Assembly: GCA_951406725.2 (NCBI GenBank)
Contig: OX597816.1
Location: forward strand, 172,794,001-172,858,000
DNA from: Octopus vulgaris
Taxonomy: Eukaryota
Direction of reading: 5' to 3'
DNA: 64,000 nucleotides
A program made the translations under genes and the position numbers. The notes under the pieces are model-generated. The model was not told the DNA's origin. It saw only the letters and a program-made list of their open reading frames with translations, and made no database searches. Each line of letters opens with the position of its first letter. Positions within the stretch are counted from its first letter, which is position 1. Below are positions 26,496-43,178 of this stretch, piece after piece.

Positions 26496-27455
26496 ATATA
26501 TTATACATATATACATACACGCGCGCGCACGCAAGCACACACATATATGTATGTATATGTGTGTATATGTTTGTAGGCATGAAAGTATGTATGCGTGCGC
26601 GTGCGTGTATGTTTGTTTCTATGCTTGTCTCTACCATCGCTTGAAACTGTTGTTGCTTTGTTTACGTCCACGTAACATACGAGTTTGGCAAAAGAGACCG
26701 ATAGAATAAGTACCGTACTCGAGAAAAGAAGCTTAATAATATTTTATAATATATCAAATTCTGCCGAGGTCGACTTTGCCTTTGATCGTTTCGGGGTCGA
26801 TAAATTAAGTACCAGTTGAGTACTGGGGTCAATGTAATCGACCGGTCCCTTCCCCCCAAATTTCGGGCTTTGTGCCTAGAGCAGAAAGGACTATCGTATA
26901 ATATATGCTTTTTGTGTAGTAAATAGTTTCTCCTTTGTAAATTCAAGCATTCACCAAACGTTTGCAGAAACACACAAAATTAAACTCCTGCTCCTATCTC
27001 CATCCATCTTTCCCGATCATCATCGTCATCATCGTAATCATGATCACGATGATCAAGATGATCCTTATTATCGTCATTGATGGCTAAGTAAGTCAAGTAT
27101 GATCAGCGACACTCCTACTAAGTGAACGCCTTCTGTTGTGACCGGAGACACTCACTCACTCACCCGTTACGGCACGAATGTTTTCATTCATAACACTGAA
27201 GCCAAACACCCTTAAACTATTGAGGATTACAACACGAACCCTGTACGTACTCGAAATATGCACTTAATAGACATGGTTTTTGTTGTGTATGTATTCAAGT
27301 GAGAGGGTATTTATTTTGCTAGGGGATATGTACTGATGACCTGAGTACATTAAGGGTTTCGACGCACCCGTAGGACACGATCCTAACTGAAGCACTACTC
27401 TATGTACACAAACACACACAAACACACATACACACACACACACACAAGAGGAGAG

Positions 27456-27489
<34 letters not shown>

Positions 27490-27887
27490 AAAAGAGGAAA
27501 GAGAGGAGAGAGAATGAGAGTGACCCCGGCATTGTTTATAAAAGGAGTTATCAAAATTTTGTGACTATCTTTTATATTGGACATTATTATGAGTGAAAGA
27601 AGACGCGAGGAAGGGTGAACAAGTAGCTTGAAATTGCCTACATAAAGGAGACCTGTGCACTCATAGCTTACGGTTGAATTTAGATGAGTTACGATTCAAG
27701 AAGCTTCAACCTCTAGTATAATAGACGCACTCAATTCAATGTATTCAATACTCATCCACCTCTAGTTATAAAATCAAATACTAAGTCATACATACATACA
27801 TATATGCATACACACACATATAAATATTCATATAGACATACATATACATAAGTGTGTATTTATACGTGAAACTTTTATATATATATA

Positions 27888-28271
27888 CTAGCAGTATAGC
27901 CCGGCGTTGCTCAGGTTTGTAAGGGAAATAACTATAAAGCATTTTTAGAGAGTTATAGCCAAAAAATAGCAACAAAATGGAAAAAAATGATGGTAAATTT
28001 TTTTTTTTAGTTAAAAAAGGTGGAGTTGCGTCCCCTAGACAGTTTGCGGTTTGGGTTTCTGATTCTCGACCCCATGTCGAATTTATCAATTTTTTTCAGA
28101 ACTGGGGGAACTTTTCAAAATTTTCGTTGCGTTAGTTTTGAATTATGACATTGGGCTATGTGTGTGTCAAGTTTCATCAGAATCGGTTGAAAGCCGTGGT
28201 CAGGGTGAGGGTACAACCTGACAGACACACAGAAACACACACAGACAAACTGCCGTTTATATAGAGAGAGA
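27888..28271 (-). mobile_element. Non-autonomous Helitron (384 bp)
   Basis: Minus strand starts TCtctctctatataaac and ends with hairpin cctgagcaacgccggg then ctgCTAG. Inserted between A and T with no TSD. Near-identical copy at 48484. Confidence 0.88.
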
Positions 28272-28489
28272 TAAATACACACATAAGTGTGTAATTATAT
28301 ATATATATATAATTAGAAGTATACATATATATTTACAAGTATACATGTACAGATATATATGTACAGATATACAGACATATATATGCATATATATATACCG
28401 GAGTAAACGCATAAATGTGAAACAAGGTGGAAAAAAGAGTACTCAAATACCAGTGGTAGAGTAATATGTTTTAAATAAAGCACACTCAG

Positions 28490-28528
<39 letters not shown>

Positions 28529-28530
28529 CA

Positions 28531-30379
28531 CTAGATGTACCCACCTGATCCGTTGGGTTACAACCACTCCAAGTTGAAAATGTCGATGCGCAGCGGGAAA
28601 GGAAGAAAAAAATACTATTTCGAACTTCATGAAATAGAATTCTTAAATAACACCGTTCTCCTGTCTTTGGTGTAAAAACATAAACACGACCAAGTGTTTC
28701 CTCTTCGGAAACATTCAAATGGCCTTCCACTTCTTTCCTTGCTTTTTCTTTAGCATTCTTTGTTACTACTGTTCCAAGTGAAATACATGGGTGCTTCTTC
28801 ACTTGGAACAGTAATGCTTTTGCAAAGTCATCATTGATGCACAATGAAAAGAATTGTGTCAATGTTGTTCTCATATGTCGTTCTATAGTGGAGGTGCAAT
28901 GGCCCAGTGGTTAGGGCAGCGGACTCCCGGTCATAGGATCGCGGTTTCGATTCCCAGACCGGGCGTTGTGAGTGTTTATTGAGCGAAAACACCTAAAGCT
29001 CCATGAGGCTCCGGCAGGGATGGTGGTGATCCCTGCTGTACTCTTTCACCACAACTTTCTCTCTCACTCTTACTTCCTGTTTCTGTTGTACCTGTATTTC
29101 AAAGGGCCGGCCTTGTCACTCTCTGTGTCACGCTGAATATCCTCGAGAACTACGTTAAGGGTACACGTGTCTGTGGAGTGCTCAACCACTTACACGCTAA
29201 TTTCACGAGCAGGCTGTTCCGTTGATCGAATCAACCGGAACCCTCGTCGTCGTAACCGACGGAGTGCTTCCATCCATATGTCGTTCATTGATAGCCATAG
29301 ATATCCTCACTATTTCTGATCAATATTCTTTGTTCATCTGGTAGATGAACTGTCAGTTTCACTATTGCAGGCGCTCTGTCATGAATTGAAAATCCTAAAA
29401 TGGATATAGCTGCTTCGGATGATCCAACATATCTATGCATTAGATATTGACTAATTTCGTTACCATTGTTTATTTGAACAGCAACTTGATCATTTCCTTT
29501 CAGCGTGTACTTCATGACACACTTAATTGACCTCACTGAGGCAACGATTTCAACGTTGCTGTCGAATTTGAAATGCTCGTAAAAGGGTTTCATTGTAAGG
29601 TACAACCCATTTGTTGTTGTTTGTTTTTTCATTATTGTGAGATTCAACTGATCTTCGTCTGTAAAGAGACAGTCTCTGTGTCTGTTTTTCTGCTTTTGAT
29701 TAAGATGATAGTCGAGCGGTTACTGTTTACATCTCGTTCAGAGATTTATTATTGCTTGCAGACAGTTTTTCGAAATCAGTGACAGAAGTTACTGGGGAAA
29801 ACATTATATAGATATTTGCAAACAGGTCCCCTCATCGAAAACCGGTGATTGCTGTACGTTGACAAAAGGCAAATACCTCGAAACTGCAGTCCGTGCGTAT
29901 CACTTAGGTTTACGAGAGAGGGATGACTTCCCTTTGCAAATACCATAAGGGCACAGAAAGTGTGCCTAAAGCCAGCTGTAGACGATGATCTCCTGGGGCT
30001 AAAAGCTACAGTAACACCCACCCTTAGTGGTTAGCCATATTGAGATGGCTAGTATACTTTACGATTAATATTTTATTTTCAATAAAATAGTAATTTTCCC
30101 CTTTAAGAAAAAAATCAAGTACCCGTGATTCAAGAAATATCTCATAAAAATATAGAGCGAAAATCTATTTTTCAAGTCCACGCACTCCGAAAGTTGTATA
30201 AATGATTAAGGGAAGAAAATAGAAAGTAAGAAAAAAGAATGGACTGTGGTAACTACGACGATTCTTTGAAGTGCCGACATTTTCAACTTGATTTTTTAAA
30301 AGAGGGAAATGAGTATTTTATTTGTAATCTTTATCGTCTTAATCAAACGGCAGGAAAACAGACAAACTTTGAGTTCTAG

Positions 30380-30380
<1 letters not shown>
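28531..30380 (-). mobile_element. Deleted Helitron carrying RepHel pseudogene fragments
   Basis: Minus-strand NNKWVVPYN, NVEIVASVRSIK..MKY..KGND, RYVGSSEA...F.IHDR.P....L.VHL, TTLTQFFSLC..DDFAK.LL and LGRVY...P..GE..YLRIL. The 3' end is an accca..tgggt hairpin plus CTAG|T at 28531. The 5' end near 30380 is approximate. Confidence 0.85.
28884..29274 (+). mobile_element. tRNA-derived SINE, family C, with 12-bp TSD, nested in the Helitron ORF
   Basis: Head ggaggtgcaatggcccagtggttagggcagcggac...ggtttcgattccc. TSD catatgtcgttc at 28872-28883 and 29275-29286. Confidence 0.92.
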
Positions 30381-30434
<54 letters not shown>

Positions 30435-30523
30435 CTATAAAGCCCGACAAATAAGTTGTTCTATAAAGCCCGAAACATATGTACCGCAACATCCTTTGCG
30501 TCTTGTTTTTCATTTATTTCATT

Positions 30524-30572
<49 letters not shown>

Positions 30573-30708
30573 TGTGATTATAAATAAGAGCAAAAGAAAA
30601 AGCTTTCTATGCTAAGATACTGAAAACTAGACTTTAGATCGTCTAACCACATACAATACTTTTCACTATAAATGCACAGCGTGTGGTGCCATCCAGGTAT
30701 AGAAATCC

Positions 30709-30938
30709 AGCGGCGAGCTGGCAGAAACGTTAGCACGCCGAGCGAAATGCGTAGCCGTATTTCGTCTGTCGTTACGTTCTGAGTTCAAATTCCGCCGAGG
30801 TCGACTTTGCCTTTCATCCTTTCGGGGTCGATAAATTAAGTACCAGTTACGCACTGGGGTCGATGTAATCGACTTAATACCTATGTCTGTCCTTGTTTGT
30901 CCCCTCTGTCTTTAGCCCCTTGTGGGTAATAAAGAAAT
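30709..30938 (+). mobile_element. SINE family B with 14-bp TSD
   Basis: TSD aggtatagaaatcc at 30695-30708 and 30939-30952. Confidence 0.9.
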
Positions 30939-31424
30939 AGGTATAGAAATCCTCGAATTCGTATACTTCTTGGATATGTTTTAGCAGTATTCCTATAATA
31001 TATTCTAAATATAAATAGAATTAAAATAGAACGAGATGCCTCATTAGCATTATGATGTGAAAAATAAATAGAAGCAGTTATGGTCAATACTGGATTCCGT
31101 TTGATCATATATCTAACTACTTTGTCTGAACTGACTTGCAACGCAACAAGAATCCAGCGCAGCATCATATAGAATCGATATTAACTTCCTAAATATAATT
31201 TCAAACGAAAGTTAACAGCTGAACGCTTGTTTAATGGCTGTCAGATTTATCGTCAACGTTTTGCCTAAATAAGGAAAGTAAGATCTCAAAAGCATTTTGC
31301 TTTTGCTTGTCGCCCATTCTGTCACCCTCATTATATACGAGGAATCAGCTACCATAACGACCTTCATTATTACATAGCGGAGACAGGATTAAATCAAATC
31401 TTCATTTATATATATAAATATATA

Positions 31425-31486
<62 letters not shown>

Positions 31487-31515
31487 CATACATACACATA
31501 CACACAAACACACAC

Positions 31516-31559
<44 letters not shown>

Positions 31560-31854
31560 CACACAAACACACACATATTATATATATATGTGTGTGTGTA
31601 TGTATATATGTATTTATTTAAATATATATATATATACATGTATATATATGTGAGTATATATATATTTATATATACACACACACACGTGTATATTCAAGAC
31701 TAAACGACTGTTTGGAAAAAGAACGATTGATAAATAGTCTTGGCATATTATTGCGTTTTAACTGCATGAAACTAATAGTAGCTCCAATTTAAACACCGTG
31801 TATATTCACTCACTCACTCACTCACACACGCACATGCAAATATACACACATATA

Positions 31855-32234
31855 CTCTTTACTCTTTACTCTTTTACTTGTTTCAGTCATTTGACTGCGG
31901 CCATGCTGGAGCACCGCCTTTAGTCGAGCAAATCGAACCTGGGACTTATTCTTTGTAAGCCCAGTACTTATTCTATCGGTCTATTTTGCCGAACCGCTAA
32001 GTGACGGGGACGTAAACACACCAGCATCGGTTGTCAAGCAATGCTAGGGGGACAATCACAGACACACAAACATATACACACACACTTATATATATATTAC
32101 ATATATACGACGGGCTTCTTTCAATTTCCGTCTACCAAATCCACTCACAAGGCATTGGTTGGCCCGGGGCTATAGCAGAAGACACTTGCCCAAGATGCCA
32201 CGCAGTGGCACTGAACCCGGAACCATATGGTTGG

Positions 32235-32236
<2 letters not shown>
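31855..32236 (-). mobile_element. SINE family A (head truncated)
   Basis: Reverse complement of the family-A sequence from the tail to aaccatatggttgg. Confidence 0.87.
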
Positions 32237-32332
<96 letters not shown>

Positions 32333-33003
32333 CGCGTGTGTGTGTGTATGTATGTGTGTGTATGTGTGCGTATCCGGTTCTAACTCTTCTCCTTCCCTCA
32401 CTCTCATTTTACAAGGTGATACTTCCTTCATCACTTCTATTTAATTTCCCCCGTACATGTATGACACTGTGGTCAGTTATATGATACAATATGGATTTTA
32501 TTATAACCATCTTACGTCTGACTCAATCACACACATTCAAATAATGCAGTTTGTTTCCTTACTTCGTACTTAACTTTTCCTACCCACCAAATCTTCTATT
32601 TCATTAAACTTTTCCTTCTGCCCCATTCTCTCCACTTTTACTTCTTCACACAACATTCATCAGAGCTTTTTAGTAATTCCTCCTCCATTTCATATATTCA
32701 GCCAGTAATACTTCATTTTGCACCTTTATTTTTTTTCTTCTTTTCTGCTTAAAATAAATATTCTAACACCTAACTTTCTTTATTTAATCAACTTTTGTTT
32801 CCCTTCATTCATTATTTTCTTCCGGTCACTGCATTCTCGATCTTTTTCTCTTCTCTTCCTGTATCGTCCCCTTTTTGGCTGCTATATATCTATTTAGGTG
32901 TTACTTTTTATACTTTGTGTTGTTTATTCTTCATTGCTTTCTCTTTTCAACCCTGTTCCTCATTCTATCTACATATCAATCAATGAATCTATCTATCTAT
33001 CTG

Positions 33004-33073
<70 letters not shown>

Positions 33074-33078
33074 AATGA

Positions 33079-33262
<184 letters not shown>

Positions 33263-33422
33263 GTCTGTCTGTCTGTCTATCTGTCTGTCAATCCGTCTGT
33301 CTGCCTGTCTATCTATATTTCTTTTTTTCCTTTTTCGTTGTTCTCCATATTTACTCTCCTTCCATATCTCCACACCTCTAACCCTTGTGTGTCAGTCTCT
33401 AGCCCTGTCTCCTCTCCTTTTC

Positions 33423-33483
<61 letters not shown>

Positions 33484-33870
33484 ATATCTATCTATCTATC
33501 TATCTATCAATCGCACTCCCTTTTCCGCATTTCGGCACCCTTACTCTTTCTTTCTAACTCTCCCTTTCTGAAATCTTAACACCGGAAGTCGAATCTGTAG
33601 TTGTTTTACCAGCAAACGTTTTGTCTCGCTAAACAGAGCAGACGTTTGTAACACGGACGGAAGTGGGCAAGTTCAATGAATTTCACGCTGGCAAAAACAT
33701 GAATGAAACAAGGGACAAATCCATGCAGGGTTGTGTGAAAATGATTGTGAAGAATGGTTAACATAATATGTTAGTTATTTTATGGATATTTCGACTTCGA
33801 TTTCAGTGCATTTCACAATAGGGCATGATTTCCACAAATACACACAAGTGTACAGATACACATATACACC

Positions 33871-33901
<31 letters not shown>

Positions 33902-34003
33902 TGTATGTATGTATGTATGTATGTATGTATGTATGTATGTATGTATGTATGTGTGTATATATATATATATTTATATATATAAATATATGTATATATAAAT
34001 ATA

Positions 34004-34043
<40 letters not shown>

Positions 34044-34091
34044 CATACATATTACAATCATATATATATATATATATTTGCATTTATGTAT

Positions 34092-34132
<41 letters not shown>

Positions 34133-34387
34133 CACACATATAAAAAAACACAATATATATATATAACATATATATATATATCGAAATGTGGAGTGGTTAA
34201 AACAGCTGATATCTGATGAAGGGTCGTTCTTTATATTGCTTGTCTTGTTTTCCATTTGTTTCTTTCTTTGTTCGCAAAAAAGTTTGTATTTCATGTTGTT
34301 TACGTTTTATGACGTCCTCTACCCATATATGCATATATATATATACGTATATACATATATAAGTATGCACATATATGTATGTAAATA

Positions 34388-34438
<51 letters not shown>

Positions 34439-34516
34439 GTACATATATACATATATATATATATGTTATTTATATTATTGTATGATTGAACGCCAAGCAT
34501 TCTTTTCTAAGTAAGT

Positions 34517-34550
<34 letters not shown>

Positions 34551-35079
34551 ATATATATATGTATACATACATACGTACATACATATATGCATGCATACAC
34601 ACATACATACATACATACATACATACATACATACATACATACATACAATTTAACCGTTAGAGAGAGAGAGAGAGTAAGGGAAGGGGTCCAGAGTGAAAGT
34701 ACAAACCTGTATGTCTCTTTGAAAAGAAGCCATCAACTAGCTTTTCATTAATCTGTACTTAAACAGCGAAAATCAAGACTCGGATATTGGGGAGCTCGAA
34801 CCAGGTCATCCGGTTTATCACCACCCTAATCTCACACTGACAGAATGCATAAAAGAGTGCACCCTATGCACGAACCAAGAGGGCGGCCTCGACATAGCCA
34901 CTTGACATGCTAGATGTAGCAGTCAATTCAGACTTAAATAACAACATTTCTATCTTAAATTCATTAAAAAAATTATCATGCTTGAAAAGCTTCTCTTTGT
35001 GGGTTTGAGTCATAAAAATTGACCAGGGAGATGGTAGCTCTCGATGTATTCTTAATAAAAGCAACTACCAATCCTCACG

Positions 35080-35112
<33 letters not shown>

Positions 35113-35179
35113 CACGCGTGCGTATATTTATGTATAATCGTGAATATAAATCTATAATAAAGGTATAGATAAAGGTATT

Positions 35180-35575
35180 GGCGCAGGAGTGGCTGTGTGG
35201 TAAGTAGCTTGTTTACCAACCACATGGTTCCGGGTTCAGTCCCACTGCGTGGAACCTTGGGCAAGTGTCTTCCACTATAGCCTCGGGCCGACCAAAGCCT
35301 TGTGAGTGGATTTGGTAGACGGAAACTGAAAGAAGCCCGTCGTATATATGTATATATATATACATATGCATCTGTGTTTGTCCCCTCAACATCGCTTGAT
35401 AACCGATGCTGGTGTGTTTATGTCCCCGTTACTTAGCGGTTCGGCAAAAGAGACCGATAGAATAAGTACTGGACTTACAAAAGAATAAGTCTCGGGGTCA
35501 AGTTGCTCGATTAAAGGCGGTGCTCCAGCATGGCCGCAGTCAAATGACTGAAACAAGTAAAAGAGTAAAAGAGTA
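35180..35575 (+). mobile_element. SINE family A, full length
   Basis: Complete head to (gtaaaaga)n tail. Confidence 0.9.
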
Positions 35576-35712
35576 TATAAGTTTAGCGGTTCAAAGAAAC
35601 TTGAGGGTTCTTAGGACAAAGATCTCAAAATGCTGGACCTGACTGCCAATACCTTTATTAAAAAACAATGAATTCAACTGTGTACGCTCTTGTGTATGTA
35701 GTTATTTATTTA

Positions 35713-35714
<2 letters not shown>

Positions 35715-35794
<80 letters not shown>

Positions 35795-35809
35795 TGTGTA
35801 TGTGTGTGT

Positions 35810-35898
<89 letters not shown>

Positions 35899-36001
35899 TG
35901 TGTGTGTGTGTATGTATTCCATTTTCATGTCACATTTTTACTTTTCCTTTTGTATACACCAGCCATACATTCACTCTGTATTGCCCAAGTATACACACAC
36001 A

Positions 36002-36093
<92 letters not shown>

Positions 36094-36190
36094 CACACAT
36101 ACACACACACGCACGCACACATGCACACACACATACACACACACACACGCACGCACACATGCATTCACACACACATACACACACACACAC

Positions 36191-36229
<39 letters not shown>
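35715..36229. repeat. (TG)n and (CA)n tracts in inverted arrangement
   Basis: ~200 bp of TG, ~80-bp spacer, ~235 bp of CA. Confidence 0.95.
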
Positions 36230-36231
<2 letters not shown>

Positions 36232-36459
36232 GAGTAAAAGAGCTAGTTTTAAATCTATAAATAAGATCTAAGTAGTAACTGCACTTCCTAGTAAAATCTA
36301 TTTGCCAACGTAACGTGGCAGTCCTGCATAGGACAATGTTACTACCATTTAACCCCAGGAAAGCGTCTTTTCCGGCTGGTTATTGACACGCGATCTGTGT
36401 CTGAAATGTATTGTGAGCAAGGGAGTGTACTGCTTCCTCCTAGTCACTAGCTGTACCAA

Positions 36460-36710
36460 CCATTGTGTCCTTGATCAAGACACTTTATTTCACGTTACTC
36501 CAGTTTACTCAGCTGGCAAAAATGAGTAGTACCTGTATTGCAAAGGGTCAGCCTTGTCACATTCTGTGCTACGCTGAATCTCCGTGAGGGCTACGTTAAG
36601 GGTACACGTGTCTGTGGAGTACTCAGCCACTTGCACGTTAACTTCACGAGCAGGCTGTTCCGTTGATCGAATCAACTGGAACCCTCATCGTCGTAATCGA
36701 CGGAGCGCCG
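36460..36710 (+). mobile_element. SINE family D (CORE-like centre plus family-C tail)
   Basis: gtgtccttga.caagacacttt...ggcaaaaatgagtagtacctgtatt followed by the family-C 3' tail. Second copy at ~52745-53020. Confidence 0.7.
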
Positions 36711-37065
36711 GTTAGTTACATATGTGTGTATATATATGCATACATACATACATAATTTTATTCTTTTACTTGTTTCAGTCGTAGGACATTGCGCCCGAGC
36801 TGGAACTTGGCCTTGAAGAGTTTATTCGAACAAATCAGCCCCAGTGCTTCTTTTTATTATTATTATTATTATTATTAATTTTTTGTCTACCACTTATTGT
36901 AGCGGTCACTTTTCGCAAACCGCTACGCTATGGAACGTAAACAAACGAGCACCAGTTGTTGTCAAGCGATATGAAAACAGACAAGACACATTCATACACA
37001 TATAGACACAAAGACACACACACACAAATATACACAGGCAAATATATACGTGTGTGTGTGTGTGT

Positions 37066-37126
<61 letters not shown>

Positions 37127-37583
37127 GTCTTATATAAATCCATATCTGTAACAATTAGCGCTAGGTTTCTGTTTACTTTCGTTAAAGGAGACGGAAATTT
37201 CGATTAATTAACAAATTATTGCGTGCGTCACTTGGTACAGCAGCCCTTGACTATATTTATATGAAAGAATATGGATGTGTGTGTGTGTGTGTATCTGTTG
37301 GCGCAAGTGTATATATGTATTTTTATGTATGTACATATGCATTTATATATATATGTATATATGCGTATCTGTATGTACATGTATGTAATGATATATCAAT
37401 ATTATATTACGTGTTTATATATACATTGATTATAAATGGCTAAATCTATATGTCAGATGGAGGGGTTTGTCGCAGCTGACACGTGATACTATTGTTAGTT
37501 AATAGATATTCAGTTTTCTGTAATAGTATTTTTTAAGATACGGTGGGTACGGATGTAACGTATGTCATAAATTTATATCATAT

Positions 37584-37898
37584 CACATGATCACGTGACC
37601 GACCAGACCATCAGATGTTGCTAAACATCGCTGGTCACAATGCGTTCGCATTGTTTTAGCCTTCGAATGACGCCACCCCGCTGGCAAAGCAAGCAGGCCA
37701 ACAGAAGAAAGAGTGAGAGAAAGAGTGAGAGAAAGAGTGGTGAAAGAGTACAGCAGGGATCACCATCCCCTGCCGGAGCCTCGTGGAGCTTTTAGGTGTT
37801 TTCGCTCAATAAACACACGCAATGCCCGGTCTGGGAATCGAAACCGCGATCCTACGACCGCGAGTCCGCTGCCCTAACCACTGGGCCATTGCGCCTCC
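37584..37898 (-). mobile_element. SINE with family-C head and a different 3' tail, 15-bp TSD
   Basis: The 5' ~180 bp match family C; the 3' part (cctgcttgc...gcgaacgcattgtgaccagcg...atcatgtga) is unrelated. TSD aaatttatatcatat at 37569-37583 and 37899-37913. Confidence 0.88.
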
Positions 37899-38607
37899 AA
37901 ATTTATATCATATACCTGTGCTAAACTGGCGAGTAGGCAGAAACTTTAGCGCGTCGGGCAATACTTCTGGCTCTTTTCGATCCGAGTTTACAGGCTTCCA
38001 AGTTCAACTTTGTCTTCCATCCTTTCAGAGTCGACAGAACATAACATGTACCAGTGAAATACTAGGGTCAATGTAATCGATTTCCAACACCACTCAAAAT
38101 TGCCAGCCTCCGCCAAAATTAGAAAGACTCATATAGCTAGCTGCAAATGCTAATATCGTACAACGGCAAGAACAAGTCTAGATTGATAACATGACAGAAC
38201 TTATTTTTAGACGGAAGACATATCAACTCTCATCCATATTGATTACTTAATAAATGAGTAAGAAAATAACAATAGTTACGTAATTGCTTTCATTAGCATT
38301 CTGCCATTTCGGCTCTAAGAAACTGCGCTCCCAGAACTGGGTGCCAGAGCATTATCTTATGGCTTCGTAAAAGAATTTAACGAATTTATAAGACGTCGCA
38401 CTGGCTCTGAACTCGGTATACACAGTTTTGTTTTTTAACGAACGTGATTACGTAACGCCTGTTGTTTTCTCATTCATTCCTTAATATTACGTTCAATACT
38501 TATGTCCGGAGCGGAGGTCATCAGTGAAATCATATCACCTCGCCGTCGAAGCTTAGTAATGAATTCTAACAGCTGCTATTGATCCTCTGTGCCCCAGCAT
38601 AAAAGAA

Positions 38608-38690
<83 letters not shown>

Positions 38691-38698
38691 CAATCAAT

Positions 38699-38738
38699 CT
38701 TCGTGCTGCATCTGATGCATTTCAGATGCAGCACGAAG
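38699..38738. repeat. Perfect 17-bp stem hairpin
   Basis: cttcgtgctgcatctga-tgcatt-tcagatgcagcacgaag. Confidence 0.95.
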
Positions 38739-39049
38739 CTTTGTCAGTGAATAGGTCGCGGTCTCAAAGCGACGAAAATATTTTGACAAATTAAATTTAA
38801 ATGTTGAAGTGAATCTAACGGTTTTGTGTGTTTCTTAAATGGCTTATAAACACCTTCCACGCTGCAATTGTTTTCGTTCCAGCACACTATCTCAGATCAA
38901 GTCACTTGCAATGCAAGTACATCTCTATAATATAATATAATATAATATAATATAATATAATATAATATAATATAATATAATATAATATAATATAATATGA
39001 TATAATATAACATAATATAGATTCCTACATATTTGAAATATCATATAGA

Positions 39050-39780
39050 TCCCTACACATTTGAAATTTTCAACTACTCTCAGCGACTTACCGTCTCTCA
39101 CTTTCACTGACGCAAGCATCTCGTGGTTGAATACTCGCAGCTCTGTTTTCTTTGCGTTACAGTACAATCCTACCTTCCCCGAGTCCTGCTCTAATCTGCT
39201 CAGCATCTGCTGTGTCTGATCTCTCCTCTCTGTTAATAATGCCAGGTCATCAGCATAGTCCAGGTCAGTTACTGTTACTGCTTGATGCTGTCTACTTCTT
39301 TGTCCATGCCGTTTGAATCCCAGTTCTTCTTCCTTACCGTCGTACGTTCTACGCATTACGTAACCCAGAATGATGACGTATACATAAGGTGCTAGCGTAT
39401 CGCCTCGTAATACTCTGGCTTTGACATCAAAGTATTCCGTCTCTCCATCAGGAGGATCACTTTTGCCCTGGTGTTCTCATACAGCTTACTTATTGCTCTC
39501 AGAATTGTTGGTGGACTATCACATGCTTTAAGTATCTTCATCATCATTCCTCTATGTACTGAACTAAAAGCCTTTTTAAAGTCCACATAGATAATGACAG
39601 CCTTCCTGTTATGGCCCTTAACTCCCTCTATCAATCTTCTAAGTGCGACAATGTGGGATGTTGTTGACTGTCCTGATCTGAATCCATTTTGATTTGGTCG
39701 CAATTGCTCGTCCATCTTGGGTTGTATTAGGTTAAGTATCATCCTGTTGACTATTTTTTGCAACAATAGATGACAGACCG
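39050..39780 (-). mobile_element. RTE-clade LINE reverse-transcriptase fragment (frameshifted)
   Basis: LRPNQNGFRSGQSTTSHIVALRRLIE...YVDFKKAF and DLDYADDLALL...VGLYCNAKKTE. Confidence 0.88.
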
Positions 39781-39859
39781 ATCCCTCTGTAATACCAGTA
39801 TCACTTTGGTCTCTAGTTTGTACAGGTTGTACAGGATTACATGTTACCAGTTGCGCTAA

Positions 39860-40335
<476 letters not shown>

Positions 40336-41296
40336 TCTTTTTTACCCGAATAAACACACGCACAATATATTCGTCCTACACCTCAGATTTATTATTGTTC
40401 TTATTTTACGTCCCTTTTTCTGGAAATCTTTCGTCACATACCCTGTAACTTCTTCCGCGACTCTTCATCCCACGTGTCTCCTCCTGATCTGTTTAGTCCA
40501 TTCTGTCATGCTCGGTTAGAACACTACGCAACATGATGACTAAAGACAGAATAGGAGGGGAAAAAAAGACATAGATATAAAACAGTAGAATACATAAACC
40601 CATAGACACACACTAAAGACATACATTCACATATCTAAGACAGAATGGAGAGAAAAAAGAGAGAAAATATTAAATAAAGGACACAGATACAAGCAATATA
40701 GTAAACATGCCCCCCCTCCCCCCACACACACAAAACACACATTCAAGACATATAGACACGCGTATGCACACGCACGCACACATGCACGCGCGCACACACT
40801 TATGCGCAGATAAGGATACACACAATAGAAAGATAGAATGGACTAAACAGAACAGGAAGAGACACATGGAATGGAGAGTTGCTGAAGAGGCCACAGGAGG
40901 TGTGACGATGGAGTCCTAGACCAAGGACATAGAATAAGAACAATAATAAATACGTTACGAAGTGAGGAAGACTCTTGATGTGCCTGAAATAGTATCAAGT
41001 CAAGTTCAAAATACACCCTAGCATCATTAATAAAGAAAGACAAATTCGAAAACGTACACCCTGAAAGGCGATGTGTGTGTAGGTGCGTTGCTTAGGGGGT
41101 AGGTGTGGGCATTGCTGGTAAGGCTACGATTCCTGAACCAGCCGGCGGGTTGCGTCTTTTTGTGAGGCACTGAGTTTGCTCCAGTTCACTAAGCAGAAAA
41201 ATTAGTACCAGTTAAGTGATGGTGCAATCCTCTCTTCCTCCAGCTGTCATGTATATGTATGAATGTATATATACACACGCATACGAATGTATGTGC

Positions 41297-41434
<138 letters not shown>

Positions 41435-41437
41435 GGC

Positions 41438-41619
<182 letters not shown>

Positions 41620-41641
41620 TCTAACTGTCTACCTATCTTCA

Positions 41642-43033
<1,392 letters not shown>

Positions 43034-43145
43034 TATATATATATATATATATATATATGAATGGTCATATTGCCAGTTTAGCCAATAAAAACACACGCAC
43101 TATATATACATAAAAAATCTTGCACAACAAATATTTAAACGTATA

Positions 43146-43178
<33 letters not shown>

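Noticed and set aside
28888-28960. tRNA-like sequence (also at 60289 and 37825-37898)
   Set aside because: SINE heads with A/B boxes followed by SINE body and TSDs; no complete cloverleaf.
30600-31330. Possible hAT transposase remnant around the SINE at 30709
   Set aside because: Only vague motif resemblance; no TIR or TSD identified.
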